In this document: in pieces, positions 38,665-48,610 of the stretch
Position numbering within the stretch: the first letter of the stretch is position 1
Layout: each line of letters begins with the position of its first letter
Assembly: GCA_036574205.1 (NCBI GenBank)
Contig: JAINCQ010000021.1
Location: forward strand, 1-64,000
Source of the DNA: Elusimicrobiota bacterium
GTDB lineage: Bacteria; Elusimicrobiota; Elusimicrobia; Elusimicrobiales; UBA9959
Direction of reading: 5' to 3'
DNA length: 64,000 nucleotides
Notes under the pieces: model-generated
What the model was told of the DNA's origin: nothing
Seen by the model: only the letters and a program-made list of their open reading frames with translations
Databases searched by the model: none
Made by a program: the position numbers and the translations under genes

Positions 38665-41286
38665 ATGATAAATAAAATTGTGGAAATATTCTTTGGAACA
38701 AAAAGCGAGAGAGACATTAAGAAAATAATGCCTTTACTTGAACAAATAAACTTGTTGGAACAGGATTATTCTAAATTAAGCGATCAAGAACTTAAATCAA
38801 AAACAAATGAATTTAAAAAAATGCTTCAAGAGGGAAAAACTTTTGATGATATATTGCCATTTGCTTTTGCGGCTGTGAGAGAAGCTTCAAAAAGAACTAT
38901 TGGTTTAAGGCATTTTGATGTGCAGATAATTGGTGGAATAGTGCTTCATCAAGGCAAGATAGCAGAAATGAAAACTGGTGAAGGAAAAACCCTTGTTGCT
39001 ACTCTTCCTGCTTATCTTAATGCTCTTGGCGGCAAGGGAGTTCATATAGTTACTGTAAATGATTATCTTGCTAAAAGGGATAGAAACTGGATGGGGCCTA
39101 TTCACGAATTTTTAGGATTAAGTGTTGGTTTTATTACGCATGATATGGACAATGAAGAGCGTAAAAAAATGTATGAATGCGATATCACATATGTAACAAA
39201 TAATGAATTAGGCTTTGATTATTTAAGAGATAATATGGTGATGGATAAGGGAGAAAGGGTTTTGAGGGGACTTAATTATGCTATTATAGACGAGGTGGAT
39301 TCAATTTTAATAGATGAGGCGAGAACCCCGCTTATTATATCAGGTCCTTCCGAGCAATCAACTGACAAGTATTATATAGTAGACAGGATAATACCTTTTT
39401 TAAAAATAAAATTTATAACCGAGAAAGAAGAGTTTATAGCTAAAAAAGATGGGCTTGATTTAGGTAAAGGATTTGATGCTATAATAGATGAAAAAAACCA
39501 TAGTGTTATGCTTACCGAAGAGGGGGTTTTGAAAGCGGAGAGGCTCTTAAAGGTTGATAATATATATAATGATATAAACGCTGAGTGGGCTCATCATATT
39601 AATCAAGCTATCAGGGCTCATTATCTTTTTAAGAAGGATGTTCATTATGTGGTCAAAGATGGCGAAATTGTGATAGTGGATGAGTTTACTGGAAGGCTTA
39701 TGCCTGGAAGAAGATGGTCCGACGGTCTTCATCAGGCTATAGAAGCAAAGGAGCATCTGGCTATAAAAGAGGAAAACCAGACGCTTGCCACCATAACATT
39801 TCAGAATTTTTTCAAGTTATTTAATAAGATATCTGGTATGACAGGTACGGCAATGACAGAGGCTCAAGAATTCTGGGAGATATACAAACTGGATGTCGTT
39901 GAAATACCACCTAATAAAAAATGTATCAGGTATGATTATCCTGATAAAGTTTATAGAACTGAAAGAGAGAAATTTAACGCAATAGTAAACGAAATTGAAG
40001 AAAGATGGAAGAAAGGGCAACCTCTCCTTGTGGGTACAAGGTCTATTGAAAAATCCGAGGCTCTGTCGGCTCTGCTCAAGAAAAAAGGTATACCTCATCA
40101 GGTTTTAAATGCAAAGTATCATGAGATGGAAGCCCAGATAATTGCACAGGCTGGAAGAAAAGGAACTGTTACTATAGCAACAAATATGGCTGGACGTGGA
40201 ACAGATATAATTTTGGGCGGCAATCCGCCAGATCCGGAAAATCAAAAGTATGTTATTGATGTTGGCGGATTATGCGTTATTGGAACTGAAAGACATGAAT
40301 CAAGGAGAATAGATAATCAGTTAAGGGGTAGATGCGCAAGACAGGGGGATCCGGGAATGTCGGTGTTTTATGTTTCACTTGAAGATGAGTTGATGAGACT
40401 TTTTGGATCTGATAGGATATCTGCGATAATGGAAAGACTTGGAATGAAGGAAGGTGAGGTTATAGAATCAAAAATCATAACCAGACAAATAGAGGGTGCT
40501 CAAAGAAGAGTTGAGGCGATGAACTTTGATATTAGAAAACAGGTGCTTGATTATGATAATGTAATGAACAAACAAAGGCAGGCGATATATGAGTTAAGGG
40601 ATATGGTTCTTGAAAGTGATGATATATCGGATAGGGTAATTAAGATGATAGAGGAGATGATAGAAGCAAAGATTTCAGAGTATATTGATGAAAAAATGCA
40701 TCCATCAACCTGGAATATTGAAAACTTAAATATTCAGCTTAAAAGAAGCTTTGGTTTTATAATAGAAAACGAGAATCTTGATTACAATAGTTTAAAAAGT
40801 GAAATAATTGAACGCGTAAAACAACTTTATGTAAAACGTGAGGAAGATTTTAAAGAAAGAGGTGTTAATTTCAAAGAGCTTGAAAGAATTCTTCTTTTAC
40901 AGATAATAGACCATAACTGGAAGAATCATCTTTATGAGCTGGATCATTTAAGAAAAGGGGTTGTTTTAAGAGCTTATGGTCAGAAGGATCCTTTAATAGA
41001 ATATCAAAAGGAATCTTATGGGCTTTTTGAAAGGATGCTTGATAGAATAAGAGATAATATGGTTGAATACCTTTTTAAAATACAATTGCCGCCAAGAATA
41101 ATAAGACCGGTTATTTCAAAGCAGAAAGAAAACAATGAGCAAAACAAAAACGAGCAGGGTCAAAGTTTGCCTAAAAAAGAATTAACTCAACCTCAGGCGG
41201 CAACAAAAATAAAGGTTGGCAGGAATGATCCCTGTCCCTGCGGAAGCGGGAAAAAATACAAAAAATGTTGTGGAAAGGATAAATAG
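38665..41286 (+). CDS. secA: Preprotein translocase ATPase SecA
   Basis: MKTGEGKT, VTVNDYLA, IDEVDSILIDEARTPLIIS, ATNMAGRGTDI, C-terminal GRNDPCPCGSGKKYKKCC. Confidence 0.99.
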   Translation: MINKIVEIFFGTKSERDIKKIMPLLEQINLLEQDYSKLSDQELKSKTNEFKKMLQEGKTFDDILPFAFAAVREASKRTIGLRHFDVQIIGGIVLHQGKIAEMKTGEGKTLVATLPAYLNALGGKGVHIVTVNDYLAKRDRNWMGPIHEFLGLSVGFITHDMDNEERKKMYECDITYVTNNELGFDYLRDNMVMDKGERVLRGLNYAIIDEVDSILIDEARTPLIISGPSEQSTDKYYIVDRIIPFLKIKFITEKEEFIAKKDGLDLGKGFDAIIDEKNHSVMLTEEGVLKAERLLKVDNIYNDINAEWAHHINQAIRAHYLFKKDVHYVVKDGEIVIVDEFTGRLMPGRRWSDGLHQAIEAKEHLAIKEENQTLATITFQNFFKLFNKISGMTGTAMTEAQEFWEIYKLDVVEIPPNKKCIRYDYPDKVYRTEREKFNAIVNEIEERWKKGQPLLVGTRSIEKSEALSALLKKKGIPHQVLNAKYHEMEAQIIAQAGRKGTVTIATNMAGRGTDIILGGNPPDPENQKYVIDVGGLCVIGTERHESRRIDNQLRGRCARQGDPGMSVFYVSLEDELMRLFGSDRISAIMERLGMKEGEVIESKIITRQIEGAQRRVEAMNFDIRKQVLDYDNVMNKQRQAIYELRDMVLESDDISDRVIKMIEEMIEAKISEYIDEKMHPSTWNIENLNIQLKRSFGFIIENENLDYNSLKSEIIERVKQLYVKREEDFKERGVNFKELERILLLQIIDHNWKNHLYELDHLRKGVVLRAYGQKDPLIEYQKESYGLFERMLDRIRDNMVEYLFKIQLPPRIIRPVISKQKENNEQNKNEQGQSLPKKELTQPQAATKIKVGRNDPCPCGSGKKYKKCCGKDK

Positions 41287-41342
41287 AAATTGTTAAAATT
41301 TTTGTAACATTAATTTAACCGATAAAAATATAAAATATATAT

Positions 41343-42452
41343 ATGAGACTAACTGTTAAATGGACATTATGGTTTCTTTCTATTGGTGTTTATGTAATGG
41401 CTCTTGGTGGGGTTTTTTATTATAACCTTTTTAAATGGACCTTTGATGAAAAATTAAAAGCTGATATAATAGATACAGTAAAGGTTTATGCCCCAACAAT
41501 GAGAGAGGGGCTTTTGAAGAATCCAAAAGCGATAACATTTGAGGAATTCAATCTGATGTCTGAAACCCTATCCAAAGACGAGAGGATAGCTTCTATAATA
41601 TATCTTAATAGAACTGGCGTAATAAGATGGCATAGGGAGGCAAGGTTTATAGGAAAGACATGGGATGAGTATATTTCTCAGGTTCCTCCACTTACAGACG
41701 CAATATCTCAGGCTATGCTTTCTAAAATTCCTAAAGTAAAGCCAGTTCCAAAGCAATCATATTATGAGATAGCAATTCCTCTTCTGGTTAATAATGAAAT
41801 AGTGGGGATAGTCCTTTTGCTTGCTTCAAAAGCAACATCCGATGCTCTGGTATCTTCGGCAATGGGTAAATATGTGGTAGGAGCTATTGGGGTTTTAGTT
41901 TTACTTGGTATCCCTTTTTATTTTTTCTTTTATCATTATATAATAAACCCGCTTTCAAGCCTTGCTGAGGCTGTTGAGGCATCATCTTTTAAAACATTTG
42001 AATTGAGGTTTAATATAAAAAATGATGAGATAGGAATGGTTGCTGAAAGTGTCAATAATTTACTGAAGAAATTTAAAAACGAAATAGAAAACTATTCAAA
42101 GAAAGACAAATATTTCAGGGATATAGAGGAAAAGTGGTGGAAAACAATATTGAAAACAATAGTCCCTTTAAATGAATATGTGATAGTGGTTGATGAAAAT
42201 AACAATGTTTTATATGCTAATTTTGAGTTAAAAAACTCAGAAAGCGGTTCTGTGCATCTTCTCGATGTGGTTGATAGCCAGCAGCAAAATCTTTTAAGAC
42301 TTGTGGGACAGGCATTTGATTCACCCGGCGAGGTTGTTGAAGGAGAAACAATTTTTAAAGGGCAGAATCTTTCAGTCAAGGTTGTTCATATAGGAGATAC
42401 TCCTGATTTAAATAGAACTCTGATTCTATTTCATCCCAAAAAAGTTTATTGA
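41343..42452 (+). CDS. Membrane sensor-like protein (TM-periplasmic-TM-HAMP-PAS-like), no output domain
   Basis: Two TMs; IINPL...DEIGMVAESVN HAMP; VIVVDENNNVLYAN PAS-like start. Confidence 0.7.
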   Translation: MRLTVKWTLWFLSIGVYVMALGGVFYYNLFKWTFDEKLKADIIDTVKVYAPTMREGLLKNPKAITFEEFNLMSETLSKDERIASIIYLNRTGVIRWHREARFIGKTWDEYISQVPPLTDAISQAMLSKIPKVKPVPKQSYYEIAIPLLVNNEIVGIVLLLASKATSDALVSSAMGKYVVGAIGVLVLLGIPFYFFFYHYIINPLSSLAEAVEASSFKTFELRFNIKNDEIGMVAESVNNLLKKFKNEIENYSKKDKYFRDIEEKWWKTILKTIVPLNEYVIVVDENNNVLYANFELKNSESGSVHLLDVVDSQQQNLLRLVGQAFDSPGEVVEGETIFKGQNLSVKVVHIGDTPDLNRTLILFHPKKVY

Positions 42453-42511
42453 CAATTCTTTTAAATATTCAGGCGACCAAAATAATTTTTAATTTTTTGT
42501 AGAATATAGGT

Positions 42512-43045
42512 ATGCTTATAGACCTTCTTAAAGCAAGAAGAAGTATAAGAAAATTTAAATCCTCGCCGGTAGAAGAAAGTAAAATCAAATATATAATTGA
42601 ATGTGGAAGAATTTCACCTTCCGCCTGCAATTTGCAGCCGTATCGCTTTATTGTCTTATCCGGTGGTTTTAAAAAGCGGTTTGATGAAGCAGTTTTTAGC
42701 GGAATATATTCTGTATGTTCTTTTGTAAAAAAAGCTCCATTGTCAATAGTTATAGTTCGGCTGAAACCGGGGTTTAAAACAAAAATAGGTTCTAAACTGC
42801 AAGATACGGATTTTTCTTTGATAGATATTGGAATAGCGGGGGAACATATGATTATGGCAGCATGCGAATTGGGGCTTGGTAGTTTATGGGTTGGATGGTT
42901 TGATAAAAAGAAAGCGTTTGATCTACTTTCTCTTAATAGAGGAGAAACAGCCGAGGTTATGATAGTTATAGGTGAAAAAGATGAAGATCCTTATGAAAGA
43001 AAGAAAAAAAATTTTGATGAGATTGTCATTTTTAAAAACGAATAA
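42512..43045 (+). CDS. Nitroreductase family protein
   Basis: RRSIRKF, SPSACNLQP, LGLGSLWVG. Confidence 0.92.
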   Translation: MLIDLLKARRSIRKFKSSPVEESKIKYIIECGRISPSACNLQPYRFIVLSGGFKKRFDEAVFSGIYSVCSFVKKAPLSIVIVRLKPGFKTKIGSKLQDTDFSLIDIGIAGEHMIMAACELGLGSLWVGWFDKKKAFDLLSLNRGETAEVMIVIGEKDEDPYERKKKNFDEIVIFKNE

Positions 43046-43054
43046 AGAAAATTA

Positions 43055-44326
43055 ATGCTTCTTATTAAAAATTCAATTATTATAGATCCACTTTCTAAAA
43101 CTCAAAAAAAAGCAGATATTTTAATAGATAATGGGATAATCAGAAGAATATCATATTCAATAACTATAAAAAGGGCTAAAGTAATAGATGCGCGGGGAAT
43201 GTGGTGCATCCCCGGTATTATTGATATGCATGTTCATACAAGGGTTCCCGGGAAAGAGTACGCAGAGGATTTTTCTTCTGTTACAAAAGCGGCTTTAAGT
43301 GGAGGAGTTGGGAGTATTGTAGTTATGCCAAACACAAAACCTCCTCTGGATAATGCTGATATAATAAAGAAATTTTTGGTCAGATCCCAAAAATTCCCTT
43401 TGAAATTTTATTTTACATCTGCAATAACGAGAGGGAGAAAAGGTTGTGTTTTGACTGATATAAAAAATATTTCAAGATATGTTGTAGCTTTTACAGATGA
43501 TGGTAGTTGGGTAGAAAAAAGTTTTTTAATGGAAGAAGCTTTAGTGCTTGCAAAAAAATATGGTAGAAAAGTTTTTTCTCATTGTGAGTGGCCTTATATT
43601 CGGGGAGCAGTAAATGAAGGAATTGTGTCAAATATTTTAGGCATACCGCCAATCCCACCATGGCTTGAATATAGCGCTGTATGGAGAGATGTTTCTATTT
43701 CTGTTTTGTTAAAAGTTCCAATTCACATCCAACATGTAAGTCTTAAAGAATCGCTTGATATAATAGAAGAAGGGAAAAAATTAAATCATCAAATCACTGT
43801 TGAAACCTGTCCGCATTATTTCTTTTTTACTGAAAAAGATGTGTTAAAAGGTGGTGCAAATTTTAAAATGAATCCACCGCTAAGAAAAGAGTCTGACAGA
43901 AAGTCTATTATATCTGCAATAAAAAATGACCTGATTGATGTTATAGCTACTGATCATGCTCCTCATTCTCAGCTTGAAAAAGAAAAAGGGCTTATTAAAG
44001 CACCTTTTGGAGTTATAGGACTTGAAACTCTTATTGCTTCTTCAATAACCATGCTTTATCATAAAAATAAAATTTCTCCATTAAAGTTTATAGATAAATT
44101 AACTTTAAATCCAGCCAGAATTTTGGGACTTAAAAAAACTGGGGTGTTAAAAGAAGGATATTTCGCTGATATCTCGCTTATTGATCCGAATAAAGAATGG
44201 GTGGTTGAAAATTTTTATTCCAAATCAAAAAATTCACCTTTTTGCGGTAAGAAATTGATCGGGAAAAATATTATGACAATAATTAAGGGAAAGATTGTTT
44301 ATGAAAATGGCAGATTTTTTATATAA
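43055..44326 (+). CDS. pyrC: Dihydroorotase
   Basis: IDMHVHTRVPG, MPNTKP, CPHY, KMNPPLR, IATDHAPH. Confidence 0.95.
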   Translation: MLLIKNSIIIDPLSKTQKKADILIDNGIIRRISYSITIKRAKVIDARGMWCIPGIIDMHVHTRVPGKEYAEDFSSVTKAALSGGVGSIVVMPNTKPPLDNADIIKKFLVRSQKFPLKFYFTSAITRGRKGCVLTDIKNISRYVVAFTDDGSWVEKSFLMEEALVLAKKYGRKVFSHCEWPYIRGAVNEGIVSNILGIPPIPPWLEYSAVWRDVSISVLLKVPIHIQHVSLKESLDIIEEGKKLNHQITVETCPHYFFFTEKDVLKGGANFKMNPPLRKESDRKSIISAIKNDLIDVIATDHAPHSQLEKEKGLIKAPFGVIGLETLIASSITMLYHKNKISPLKFIDKLTLNPARILGLKKTGVLKEGYFADISLIDPNKEWVVENFYSKSKNSPFCGKKLIGKNIMTIIKGKIVYENGRFFI

Positions 44327-45299
44327 AAAAATCGTAAGAAATATTTTATTTAAACTGGATCCTGAGTTTGTCCATAATCTGGCTATTTCTAAATTTAAGT
44401 TAGTCTCACATTTTGATTTGATAAAAAAAATCATGTTTAAAAATTTAGAATCTTATCAACCTGTAAAACTTTTTGGGATTGAGTTTAAAAACCCCATTGG
44501 ACTTGCTGCTGGATTTGATAAAAACGCTGAAGTATATGATGTGATAGAAGCGCTTGGATTTGGTTTTCTGGAAGTTGGGAGTGTTACCTTACATCCTCAA
44601 AGCGGAAATCCAAAACCCCGGCTTTTTCGTGAAGTTGATGAGGAAGCAATAATAAATCATATGGGACTTAACAATTGTGGCGCGGTTCAAATGAAAAAAA
44701 ACATAGAGAAAAAAGGAAAACCCAACATCCCCCTTGGAATAAATATCGCAAAAAACAATGATTGTAGCTTTGATGAAGCTGATGAAAATATCAGTGAATC
44801 TCTTAATATATTAAAGGATGTCGGCGATTTTTTTGTATTTAATATAAGCTGTCCTAATGTTAGAACTTTTTGTGGTGATTATAATGATTATATTAGAAAG
44901 ATAATAGAAAGCGCTAAAAAGAAAGAAGATAAAAAGAAGTTTTTTATAAAAATATCACCGGATTTATCTGATGATGATATATATAAAGTTGTAAAAATAT
45001 GTGAGGAATATGACTGCGGAGTTGTTGCCGCAAACACAACAAAAAAAAGAAGCATTTTAAAAACCAGAAAATTTGATGAAATGGATGGGGGGGTAAGTGG
45101 AAAGCCTATCGGAAAACTTTCTGAAGAAGTTCTTAGAAAAGTGAAGGAATTATCAAAAAATATATGCGTTATTTCAAGTGGAGGAATTTTTAGCGCAGAT
45201 GATATAGATCGGAGGAGAAAACTTGGAGCTAATTTATTTGAAATTTATACTTCTTTTATATATGAAGGACCTGGTATAATAAAAAACCTGCTCGGATAA
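44295..45299 (+). CDS. pyrD: Quinone-dependent dihydroorotate dehydrogenase
   Basis: DPEFVH, NPIGLAAGFDKN, GNPKPRLFR, NISCPN, KISPD, GGVSG; true start likely ATG 44301 or 44307. Confidence 0.95.
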   Translation: MFMKMADFLYKKIVRNILFKLDPEFVHNLAISKFKLVSHFDLIKKIMFKNLESYQPVKLFGIEFKNPIGLAAGFDKNAEVYDVIEALGFGFLEVGSVTLHPQSGNPKPRLFREVDEEAIINHMGLNNCGAVQMKKNIEKKGKPNIPLGINIAKNNDCSFDEADENISESLNILKDVGDFFVFNISCPNVRTFCGDYNDYIRKIIESAKKKEDKKKFFIKISPDLSDDDIYKVVKICEEYDCGVVAANTTKKRSILKTRKFDEMDGGVSGKPIGKLSEEVLRKVKELSKNICVISSGGIFSADDIDRRRKLGANLFEIYTSFIYEGPGIIKNLLG

Positions 45300-45405
45300 T
45301 AATAAAATCTATTTTATGGTTTTTTTTTATATTGTATAATTATTTATAGAAAATGTTTGTATAAAGCGGTAAGATCTTAGGTCTTTTCGCGTATCTGGAG
45401 GTATT

Positions 45406-45924
45406 ATGAAGATAAGCATAGTCGCAAGAAAAATAAAACTTACATCTGCCATAAAAAATTTTATAGAGCAGAAGGTTGAGAATGCTCTTGGGTATATACA
45501 TAATATCGTATGGGTTAGCATGGTAGTCGGCGTTGACAAAAAACAACATTTTGCCGAGATAGTAGCTCATATCGGTCATCAGACAATAAAAGCAACTGGT
45601 ATATCAGATGACCTTTATTCAGCGGTTGATAGTGTGCTTGATAAAATAGAAAAACAGGCAAAAAAATACAAAGAAAAAATTGTAGATTCAAGAAAAAATG
45701 CCACTGATATAGCTTATACCCCACCAATTAACACTTTTGATGTAAGATTTTCTATTGTTAAAAATGTTCCTATAAAGCCTATGTCAAAAGAGGAAGCTGT
45801 TGTTGAAATGGAAAAGTTGGGTTATAATTTCTGGTTGTTTTTAGATAAAGAAACAAATCAAACACAGGTTGTTTTTAAAAGACTTGATAGTACATATGGT
45901 ATATTGCTTCCAGTAAAAAAATAA
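45406..45924 (+). CDS. hpf: Long ribosome hibernation promoting factor
   Basis: DLYSAVD..DKIEKQ..KYKEK plus C-terminal KPMSKEEAVVEM domain; SD GGAGG. Confidence 0.92.
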   Translation: MKISIVARKIKLTSAIKNFIEQKVENALGYIHNIVWVSMVVGVDKKQHFAEIVAHIGHQTIKATGISDDLYSAVDSVLDKIEKQAKKYKEKIVDSRKNATDIAYTPPINTFDVRFSIVKNVPIKPMSKEEAVVEMEKLGYNFWLFLDKETNQTQVVFKRLDSTYGILLPVKK

Positions 45925-45925
45925 A

Positions 45926-46879
45926 TTGATGAATAATAAATATATCACGGTTAAAGATCTTTTGAAAGAGAAGTCAAAGGATTTTAAGTTAAAACTTATT
46001 GTCGGAAGAAATTATCTTGATAGGAAAATAACAGTTAGTGAGGTTAACAGGCCTGGTCTTGCTCTTGCCGGGTTTATTGAACAGTTTGGGTCCGAGAGAA
46101 TTCAGGTAATAGGAAGGGGAGAATCATCTTATTGTAATTCCGTTTCATATAATAAGATATTAAAGAATTTAAATAGAATGTTTGAGAAAAAAGATGTTCC
46201 CTGTGTTGTTATAACCGGTGGGATAAAACCCGCAAAAGCTATTATTGAAGCAGCAAAGAAAAATAATGTTCCTCTTATAACAACATATCTTGATTCCGCT
46301 GATTTTGTCAGGGAGCTTGTTATGTATCTTGATGATAAACTTGCTCCTTCTATAACCCTGCACGGTGTACTTGTAAATGTATATGGACTTGGTGTGCTTA
46401 TACAGGGAGATGCCGGGATAGGAAAATCTGAATGCGCAATAGAGCTTTTAAAAAGAGGTCATATACTTGTAAGCGATGATGTGGTTGAAATAAAAAGGCG
46501 GATGGGACAGATACTTGTTGGAACATCTCCAAAAACGATTAAGAATTTTATGGAGGTTAGAGGAATAGGAATCCTTGATGTGGAAATGTTATTTGGTGTC
46601 GGCGCGATACTTCCAAGCTCAATTATAGAGCTTGTTATATGTCTGAAATCGGCATTTGGACTTGATCTAAGTAAATATGATAGAACGGGAATCACTGAAA
46701 AAACTACAGAGATACTTAATGTAGTTTTACCCAAGCTTGATATCCCTGTTACGCCTGGAAGAAATCTTGCGGTTTTGATAGAGATAGCATCATTAAACCA
46801 GCGTCTTAAAAACACCGGATATTTTGCAGCTAGAAAATTAAACGATTTAATTATGAATGAGATGAAGAAAAGAAAATGA
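45926..46879 (+). CDS. hprK: HPr kinase/phosphorylase
   Basis: NRPGLALAG, HGVLV, GDAGIGKSE, LVSDD, MEVRGIGI, PGRNLA. Confidence 0.96.
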   Translation: MMNNKYITVKDLLKEKSKDFKLKLIVGRNYLDRKITVSEVNRPGLALAGFIEQFGSERIQVIGRGESSYCNSVSYNKILKNLNRMFEKKDVPCVVITGGIKPAKAIIEAAKKNNVPLITTYLDSADFVRELVMYLDDKLAPSITLHGVLVNVYGLGVLIQGDAGIGKSECAIELLKRGHILVSDDVVEIKRRMGQILVGTSPKTIKNFMEVRGIGILDVEMLFGVGAILPSSIIELVICLKSAFGLDLSKYDRTGITEKTTEILNVVLPKLDIPVTPGRNLAVLIEIASLNQRLKNTGYFAARKLNDLIMNEMKKRK

Positions 46880-47727
46880 AACATAGTATTTTCATAGTTA
46901 CAGGGACAAGTGGTGCTGGAAAAAGCCAGGCGCTTAAATGCTTTGAAGATTTTGGTTTTCATTGTATAGACAATATACCAGCAAAACTTCTTCCTCATCT
47001 TGCGGAGTTGATAAAAAAAGAGGATTATCTTAAAAAAGTTGCACTTGGAATAGACATAAGAGAAGCGAAATTTTCTATAGATTTTGATAGATTTCTTTCC
47101 TTTTTTTCGAAATTTAAACTTAAATATAAAATTCTTTTTTTTGATTGTGATGACCGTGTTCTTTATCAAAGATTTTCTGAAACAAGACACAGACATCCAC
47201 TTGGAGAAAATCTTGTGCTTGCAATTAAAAAAGAGAGGAAAATACTTTTTGAGCTCAGAGAGAAAGCGGATAAAATAATAGATACTACTAAACTTACTTT
47301 AGGGGAATTGAAAGAAACTCTTTCATCTTTTGTGATGCTAAAAAAAGTTTCTGATTTTAAAATAAATATAGTTTCATTTGGCTATAAGTATGGGATACCA
47401 CTTGACGCAGATATAGTTATGGATGTAAGGTTTTTACCAAATCCGTTTTATATAAAACGGCTGAGGGCAAAAACAGGGCTTGACAATGCCGTAAGGGATT
47501 ATTTGAGCGGTAATCCTGTTTATAAAAAATTTATGAATGAATGGTTTAGCCAGATTAAAAAATTAATACCGCTTTATATTAAAGAGGGTAAATCTTATTT
47601 AACTATTGCAGTGGGTTGCACTGGTGGAAAACATAGAAGCGTTGCAGTAGTGGAAGAGATGTCTTCTAAACTTCGTAACGCAGGCTATGATGTTGGTGAG
47701 TTTCATAGAGATATGAGGAAACAATGA
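46876..47727 (+). CDS. rapZ: RNase adapter RapZ / YvcJ P-loop protein
   Basis: TGTSGAGKS, RFSETRHRHPL, SFGYKYGIP, DVRFLPNP, GCTGGKHRS. Confidence 0.95.
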   Translation: MKHSIFIVTGTSGAGKSQALKCFEDFGFHCIDNIPAKLLPHLAELIKKEDYLKKVALGIDIREAKFSIDFDRFLSFFSKFKLKYKILFFDCDDRVLYQRFSETRHRHPLGENLVLAIKKERKILFELREKADKIIDTTKLTLGELKETLSSFVMLKKVSDFKINIVSFGYKYGIPLDADIVMDVRFLPNPFYIKRLRAKTGLDNAVRDYLSGNPVYKKFMNEWFSQIKKLIPLYIKEGKSYLTIAVGCTGGKHRSVAVVEEMSSKLRNAGYDVGEFHRDMRKQ

Positions 47728-48155
47728 CAGGTATAATAGTGGTTACACATAGTGATTTTGGAGCTTATCTTCTTGAGGCATGCGAACATGTAGTAGGGGT
47801 AAAAGAGGGAGTTGTCTCTGTTTCAATAAATTCAAGAATGTCAATAGACGAGGCGCATGCAAGTGTTAAAAAAGCTACTGATGATCTCAGAAAGGTTACT
47901 GACAGTATAGTTTTTTTTGTTGACATTCCCGGGGGGACCCCGATGAATGTTGTTTTGCCCTTTGCAAAGGAAATTGGCAAAGCCGCTGTTATATGCGGGA
48001 TCAATATGCCGATGTTGATAACTGCACTAAATCTTAAAGACAAAATGGATTTTGATTCACTTATTGAGAAGATAATGATTGATGGAAGAAGAGCAATATG
48101 CGAAGTAAAATCTATCCTTACACGTGATATCCGAGAAGACTTAAATAAGTTATGA
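47724..48155 (+). CDS. PTS mannose-family EIIA
   Basis: IIVVTH (phospho-His), DIPGGTPMN, GINMPML. Confidence 0.92.
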   Translation: MTGIIVVTHSDFGAYLLEACEHVVGVKEGVVSVSINSRMSIDEAHASVKKATDDLRKVTDSIVFFVDIPGGTPMNVVLPFAKEIGKAAVICGINMPMLITALNLKDKMDFDSLIEKIMIDGRRAICEVKSILTRDIREDLNKL

Positions 48156-48610
48156 TTATATTCAGAGTTGATGATAGATTGGTTCATGGGCAGGTTGTTG
48201 AGGGTTGGCTTGGAACTTTCAATATTAAGGGTCTGGTTATAGCAAATGATGAAGTATTTAAAGATGAGGCAATAAAAAGCATAATGAGATTTTCTACACC
48301 AAAAAGTGTTGAATTGATTTTTTCTCAAGTAAGTTTGCTTAAAGAAGTATCTTTTAACCCGGATGAAAATTATATGGTTCTTTTTAGATCACTTGAGGAT
48401 GTAATAAAAGCTATTGAAAATGGTGTTAAGATAGATAGACTTAATCTTGGTGGAATACATTACGCAAAAGGCAGGAATTTCAGTTTTGGAAGAGCGCTTT
48501 TTTTGAGTGAAGAAGAGAAGAAAATATTAAATAAAATTATCTCTATGGGGGTGGAAATCTATATGCAGGCTATCCCCCAGGAAAAGATGGTAAAACTTGA
48601 AAATTTATGA
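48152..48610 (+). CDS. PTS mannose/sorbose-family EIIB
   Basis: RVDDRLVHGQV, LNLGG, Q.IP. Confidence 0.93.
   Translation: MIIFRVDDRLVHGQVVEGWLGTFNIKGLVIANDEVFKDEAIKSIMRFSTPKSVELIFSQVSLLKEVSFNPDENYMVLFRSLEDVIKAIENGVKIDRLNLGGIHYAKGRNFSFGRALFLSEEEKKILNKIISMGVEIYMQAIPQEKMVKLENL

Noticed and set aside
46459..48328. 245-aa and 187-aa minus-strand ORFs
   Set aside because: Fully antisense to well-supported hprK, rapZ and PTS genes; no motifs
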